IMG/VR virus record: IMGVR_UViG_3300013285_000020
Coordinates: 1 to 53,262 of that record
Strand: one strand, 5' to 3'
Source of the DNA: a virus
Taxonomy: Duplodnaviria > Caudoviricetes
Length of the DNA: 53,262 nucleotides
A program made the translations under genes and the position numbers. The notes below the pieces were generated by a model that ran no database searches, was not told the DNA's origin, and saw only the letters and a program-made list of their open reading frames with translations. Positions 48,901 to 53,262 of the stretch are shown here, piece after piece (positions within the stretch are counted from its first letter, which is position 1; the number at the start of each line of letters is the position of its first letter).

Positions 48901-49169
48901 GCCATACCAGTTGTGCTGGCACCCAATGTTACTGTGGTCACACCGTCTGTGTTTTGAAGTGCTTGCGGAAAAGCTGTAGTATTAGCACGGCTAAAACTTA
49001 CTGAAGTTCCAACAAAGCTCAAATCAGCGAAGTTGTAGATTATTTGATTTTTAGTTACATTGGTAATCATCAGCAATTGGCTGAGATCAATTGTTCCAGG
49101 GAATTGAACAGTGCCTACACCTGCCGCTCCTGGGGTAAAAACGTAACTTCTTACTAGTTGTTTTGCCAT
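45957..49169 (-). CDS. Large beta-rich virion protein with repeated sandwich domains
   Basis: Three repeats of VT..xHxL..G..I/V.V; Thr/Ser/Gly-rich; lies between fibre genes. Confidence 0.7.
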   Translation of the reverse strand: MAKQLVRSYVFTPGAAGVGTVQFPGTIDLSQLLMITNVTKNQIIYNFADLSFVGTSVSFSRANTTAFPQALQNTDGVTTVTLGASTTGMASTDILQIFIERTDGAVVTRPWAMGTDAFERTRMSAPQSMLDADFEYGLQPTKWQTISLMRGYPGIYEIPGTDLTISSMTTDASGGGSKPAVESLITVTSANAHNLTTGTAITVQNLDTTISGADRAIGSFVINSVINSIQFTYYARGQVSQTISSSILTAYTIVRKGGFYTAAAIGSTTFTTAGSGSAATGVVTVTFANNHGLLPGQGIYVTINSDNGSNNHTLCQGPFYIQSVPSVTTITYNARNVGTITGNPTGVVYARADSFYQHRPFDGGVSLGAGGPNYGSQATRMSKKYIRYQSGKAINYNTGALFAPNYNIRTITAGGTTIGSTITVVTDDFDHGLQVGSVVGVTGITTSGYNGAYPVASVVDERTFTVLATSVLGSTTGAFGVTAQIYHISWHGTTVRAGTYDEQNGMFWQFDGIQMAVGLRTSTLQLAGTGNAVPEANLITGNNSAFNNQLIAGDRVVIKGMSHVVTSISSSTWMYVAPDYRGSTSTSGAKMVKTQDIIVPQNQWNMDRCDGTRSVYNPSGYNFLPWKMQMIGLQWTWYGAGFIDWMLRGPDGSYITVHRIKNSNVNTEAYMRSGNQPVRYEVINEGARSSLAGVGIGTADTAMTVTDVTYFANSGTVYIDNELISYSSVTTSTNTLNGLVRATPLVPWVNGSIQSFTAGTAAAHTAGTGVMLVSQTATPTISHWGSAFLTDGGFDQDRGYIFNYQAPNITVSTKKTTAFAIRLAPSVSNAAVGDLGVRDLINRSQLLLQSIENTAGSAAASQAVVIEGVLNPSNFPSNVNNIQWYSLQGTPQGGSVLGTGQPSFTQIAPGTAIQFDGTATYSTTLALQTTSGTNVIYVASTASMAIGDAIILTAAAQGGQGIAGNSIITAISGTWVTLTQPLLSNIPTSTAITGTRNTWASPGETIFSFISSPASKDSLDLSPLKELTNTPLGGRGCYPNGPDTLFINVYLTSGPSLQTNLVLRWGEAQA

Positions 49170-49185
49170 TTTATATTATATCCTT

Positions 49186-52100
49186 TTACATACTCATTGC
49201 AACGCTCATCGCTATTGCGAAACTCTTAATGTTATTTACGGCAGAGCTTGTGCCGCCTGAAATAATGCGAACAATGTCGCCCGTATTACGAGCAATATTC
49301 AATACCACTGTTGATCCATTGCTGGCCACAAAGTCGCCGCTACCCAGTGCAATACCGTTGGCAGTAATTTGCACTGTACCTACAACATATCCACCAATTG
49401 GTGTAAACGTTGTTTGGCCACCTGTAGCCGCAAATTCTTGAATGTTTGTTGGAATAACTTGTGTGCCATTATTAACATACAAATTTCCACCAATTTGAAC
49501 ATCTCGGCCAATGCCAGCGCCACCAGCAACTTGTAACGCACCAGTAACAGTTGATGTTGCATTAGTGACTCCAAGTATAACTTCACCATTGGTTACAGTA
49601 TTGTTATTCATTGTAACACTACCGTTGGTAGCATTAATGTAGAAACTACTTGAAGTATATAACGACTGCGAAGTTGTTGTATTTAAATTATTGCCGCTAA
49701 CAAACGTTGGGTAGTAGTTTGCGGTAGTATTGCTTGCCTGTACAATTACCGTAGTTGCAGTGTTGGCTAAACCAGCATTGCCACTAAATGTGCTAGTGTT
49801 AACTGGCCATGGGCCAACAAACACGTTGGTAGCAGTTAATATACCATTGACATATGCATTACCGTTCACACCCAACAATGCATTCATTGTGGCTGTAGAT
49901 GTTGAACCAATGTTTACCTGTCCAGTGGACGGATTAACTGTAAAGCTACTAGTTGTGTATTCTACCAATCCAATGTTAGTTGATGTGTTTAATAAATTAA
50001 CAAACGTTGGGTAGTACAATGCATTAGCATTAGTTATCTGAGTAACTACAGTACTGGCTGTGCTAACAATAGTTGATAGTGTACCAATAAATGTACCATA
50101 GAATGTTGTGGCAGTTACAATACCTGTTATGTTAGCACCACTGGCAACTAATGTTCCAATTTTCAAATTGGCATATGTTGCATTCCACTGATATCCAGTA
50201 GCACCACCAGTCATTGTTCCAATACGAACTGTGTTGTCACCAGCATTGGTATCAGGACCGATACCCCAATAGTTACTACTTGCCCAAATACCACCGTATT
50301 GAGGAACACCACCAGCTGTTGAATACTTGCCGTTGAAGAATATCCATGGGTTCAATAAGTTAGATTGTGCAACACCTGCATCGCCCAACTGTACAACTGC
50401 ACCAGCGTTGACGCTGTTAAGTACTGTGCTTGCACCGCCCAATAACAAGTTTCTATTTGCATCAACTAAGATTGCTGTGGAATTGTTATTGACGTTGAAT
50501 GTTAATGATGTTGGACTTGTGTATATTGTGGCAGTTAATGTGCCACCAACATAAAGTCCACCACCAATACCAACACCGCCAGTAACTTGCAAATCACCAC
50601 TTGTGGCATTATTAGTGCCGGCGCCGCCTACCAGTTTAATTGATCCAGTTTTGAATACACCATATGTAGCACTGGTAAATGTACCTGTATTAGATTCTGC
50701 GCCAGTACCAAACCATTCCAACTGTTGGCTAGCATCAGACAATACCAAGGCCGCATTGCTGTCAGTGCTTAATGTTCTGTTATAATAGTGGAATCTAAAT
50801 CCAACATCTTTACCATCATCTACTGTCCAAAGCGCATTTACGCCACCTTGTGGCACGTGCATTTCAATAATGTTATCAGTATAAACTGTGTTAGTAGAAT
50901 ATACGTAAGTAGATGTACCATTAAATGTAACGTTGTTGCTGAATGTAACAGCACCAAGGAATAATGATTGTCCTTGAACTGTTAATTGGCCAGCATAAAT
51001 GCCACCTTGAGCACCAATACCATTTTGTACATACAGTGCATTGGCAGTATAACTAGATGTGCTTGTGCCTGCTCCGTTAATTACTACACCAGTAGCAGTA
51101 ACAGCAGTAGCCACTAATGTTGTAGCAGTTACAACACCTAAAGATACATTGCTAGAAAAGAATGGACCGCTGGTACCATTGCTGACTAATATTTGTCCGC
51201 CAGTGCCTGGACCTGCCCAAGTTGTAACACCTGGAGCAGTATTATATGGAATTTGTCCAGCTGTACCAACAGTTAAGTTGCTGGCAGTAGTTGCACTACC
51301 CGCTGTTAATCCGCTAATTGCTGTCCATGAAGCTGTAGATCCAACTACTGTTAAAATTTGTCCTGGGCTACCTAATGGAATAAATGCAGTAGTACCAGTG
51401 TTGCTTTGAATAAGAATACTGCCCGGAGCGCCACCAATAATATTAATTGCGTTTGTAGCAGATGATGCAAGTCCGTAGAAGTTTGTAGCTGTTACAGCGC
51501 CAGTAAAATATGCACCACCGGCCACGTTAAAAATTGCACCAGAATATTGTGTGGTTGTATTGATATATACCGTACCACTTGTGTCAATACGCAGGCGTTC
51601 GCTGGAATTTTGTGTAGAGAATGTTATTGCACTGGTAGTATCACCAGTGGCAAATCCCAATTGTCCACCTTGTAAGAACAATGCTCTTTGGCCGTCGTTA
51701 CCGTTAATACGGAAACCGTTAAGATATGAATACCCACTAACATATAATGCCCAAGGTTGAGCTCCACTCCATGAGGTATTTTGTTTAATATAAACTAACG
51801 ATCCAGAACCGTTGTTTGTACCACCATCGCCCACTGTGGCACCAGTGACAAACATATTACCGTTAACACCGACTCCACCGTTGGCCAACAATGACAAGTT
51901 GTTTGTGGCAGTGATTGTACTAGTAGTAATTGAGGTTGCATTAATTGTAAGTACTGCTAGGTTAGTTACAGTGAACAACGCCGCTGAACTTGACAGTGTA
52001 GGTCCAGAAATTTTATGGAATGTAACTGTGCTCAGTACACCAGTATCACTAATACTACTAAAATTGTAACCAGAGTTACCGAGTGTTAAACCAAATGTAC

Positions 52101-53262
52101 TGTTTGGATAAGACGCAATGCTACTACCGCTGGCGTTTACTGCGCTGGCTTGTACCTGTAATACATCTTTAGAGAAATAGTTACCACCAGCCATCGCCGC
52201 GGCATCAAATTTACTACCTGTAGCAACACCAATGTCCCCACCAAAGTATGAAGCGCCGGAAACACCAATACCACCTGCTGTAATTTGTACAGCGTTGGCC
52301 CCAACGCTGTACTTACCTGCACCTGCACTGGTAAATGTACTTACATAGCCAACAATTAACCCACCAGCAATACCTACACCACCTGCAACTACCAACGCTC
52401 CAGTTGTTGTGCTCGTAGTACCAGTTAAGTTACTAATAGTTAAACCGTTGTTAATAGTGCCACCGTTATATGCGGCCACTGACGATGTTGTAAGTTCTTT
52501 TGTGTACGCATTATAATAAACAGCCCAAGTAGTAGCACTGGTTGTTGCATCTGCACGTACTGGACTTACATAAAAACCTGCGTTGGTAGCAGTTTGAACC
52601 CACGTCGTTTGTCCAGCACTAAGAATAATACTACCAGCCGCAGTGGCTTGACCAGCACTGGCATTATAACCCAATGCTAACGAATATGCGCCTTGATTGT
52701 AGTTGGCTGCTTGGTAACCTACCGCAGTAGCATAACTACCTTGACTACTACTACCAGCAATTTGTCCAATAGCTGTAGCACTAACCCCTTGATTATAGTT
52801 ACCTGCATAATAACCAACAGCAGTTGCCAAACTACCTTGGCTACTTGCGCCAGCGCCTTGACCAAAGCCAATGTTTTGTGTTGTTATAAAATATTGTGTA
52901 GCAGTAATTGCTCCAACAGTGGTACCACCAGTAACTACTACGTTGTTGGCAAAATATGCGTTACCAGTTACGCCAAGACCACCGTTCTGCACTACCAATG
53001 CGGCATTGTATGCGGCAGTTGGATAGTAATAGGCATTGGCCACAGTACCTTGTGTCACTGCGGCTGATGTTGCCGCGCTAAGAGTTACTGTGGGATAGAA
53101 TAATAAGTTTTGTGTTTGAGTATTAGCAGTAATTGGCGCACTTAAAATTACAGTTGGCGCAAATTGAATAGTTTGTAAGGCTGAAACTGTTACTGCTTGG
53201 TTAACTACAACCCAGCCGTTAGTCTGTACGGCGGTAACTAATGTACCAGTAGAAACACCTGC
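49186..53262 (-). CDS. Long tail fibre/adhesin (N-terminus beyond the window)
   Basis: Frame stays open from 53058 to the window end. YadA-head-like ATAVGY.A...QG repeats and repeated GAL.V.GGVG fibre motifs. Confidence 0.8.
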   Translation of the reverse strand, partial: AGVSTGTLVTAVQTNGWVVVNQAVTVSALQTIQFAPTVILSAPITANTQTQNLLFYPTVTLSAATSAAVTQGTVANAYYYPTAAYNAALVVQNGGLGVTGNAYFANNVVVTGGTTVGAITATQYFITTQNIGFGQGAGASSQGSLATAVGYYAGNYNQGVSATAIGQIAGSSSQGSYATAVGYQAANYNQGAYSLALGYNASAGQATAAGSIILSAGQTTWVQTATNAGFYVSPVRADATTSATTWAVYYNAYTKELTTSSVAAYNGGTINNGLTISNLTGTTSTTTGALVVAGGVGIAGGLIVGYVSTFTSAGAGKYSVGANAVQITAGGIGVSGASYFGGDIGVATGSKFDAAAMAGGNYFSKDVLQVQASAVNASGSSIASYPNSTFGLTLGNSGYNFSSISDTGVLSTVTFHKISGPTLSSSAALFTVTNLAVLTINATSITTSTITATNNLSLLANGGVGVNGNMFVTGATVGDGGTNNGSGSLVYIKQNTSWSGAQPWALYVSGYSYLNGFRINGNDGQRALFLQGGQLGFATGDTTSAITFSTQNSSERLRIDTSGTVYINTTTQYSGAIFNVAGGAYFTGAVTATNFYGLASSATNAINIIGGAPGSILIQSNTGTTAFIPLGSPGQILTVVGSTASWTAISGLTAGSATTASNLTVGTAGQIPYNTAPGVTTWAGPGTGGQILVSNGTSGPFFSSNVSLGVVTATTLVATAVTATGVVINGAGTSTSSYTANALYVQNGIGAQGGIYAGQLTVQGQSLFLGAVTFSNNVTFNGTSTYVYSTNTVYTDNIIEMHVPQGGVNALWTVDDGKDVGFRFHYYNRTLSTDSNAALVLSDASQQLEWFGTGAESNTGTFTSATYGVFKTGSIKLVGGAGTNNATSGDLQVTGGVGIGGGLYVGGTLTATIYTSPTSLTFNVNNNSTAILVDANRNLLLGGASTVLNSVNAGAVVQLGDAGVAQSNLLNPWIFFNGKYSTAGGVPQYGGIWASSNYWGIGPDTNAGDNTVRIGTMTGGATGYQWNATYANLKIGTLVASGANITGIVTATTFYGTFIGTLSTIVSTASTVVTQITNANALYYPTFVNLLNTSTNIGLVEYTTSSFTVNPSTGQVNIGSTSTATMNALLGVNGNAYVNGILTATNVFVGPWPVNTSTFSGNAGLANTATTVIVQASNTTANYYPTFVSGNNLNTTTSQSLYTSSSFYINATNGSVTMNNNTVTNGEVILGVTNATSTVTGALQVAGGAGIGRDVQIGGNLYVNNGTQVIPTNIQEFAATGGQTTFTPIGGYVVGTVQITANGIALGSGDFVASNGSTVVLNIARNTGDIVRIISGGTSSAVNNIKSFAIAMSVAMSM

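Noticed and set aside
44042-53067. Numerous plus-strand ORFs opposite the fibre genes, and similar ones across the window
   Set aside because: They are antisense shadows of long, motif-bearing minus-strand genes and have no recognisable motifs.
1-53262. Alternative genetic code, tRNAs, introns/inteins, diversity-generating retroelement, integrase
   Set aside because: Core genes are full length in the standard code. I saw no cloverleaf, reverse transcriptase, integrase, or insertion in the helicases, recombinase or terminase. A tRNA scan was not run.

Overview
This window is a fragment of a large lytic contractile-tailed dsDNA phage genome with distant T4-like gene content. Most genes lie on the minus strand. 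Core genes include a gp41/DnaB helicase, primase, UvsW/UvsY/UvsX, gp32, both terminase subunits, head completion, tail tube and sheath, neck proteins, a dNMP kinase and long tail fibres. The most striking accessory feature is a tightly coupled six-gene block at about 9.0-14.4 kb, plus a further oxygenase just upstream (to 15.0 kb). It encodes a 160-aa protein with a 16-Cys, CxC-repeat tail ending in Trp, a radical SAM/SPASM enzyme, an unknown protein, a flavin-dependent (Trp) halogenase and three 2OG-Fe(II) oxygenases. It looks like a phage-encoded RiPP-like protein-modification system, possibly acting on a virion adhesin. Next to it are a 189-aa miniature DnaE-like polymerase and a partial ADP-heptose pathway (split HldE plus HldD). 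A recurring TAAATA motif sits mostly 5-8 nt before start codons with no Shine-Dalgarno, suggesting leaderless late mRNAs. All product calls come from motif recognition by eye; no database search was run.
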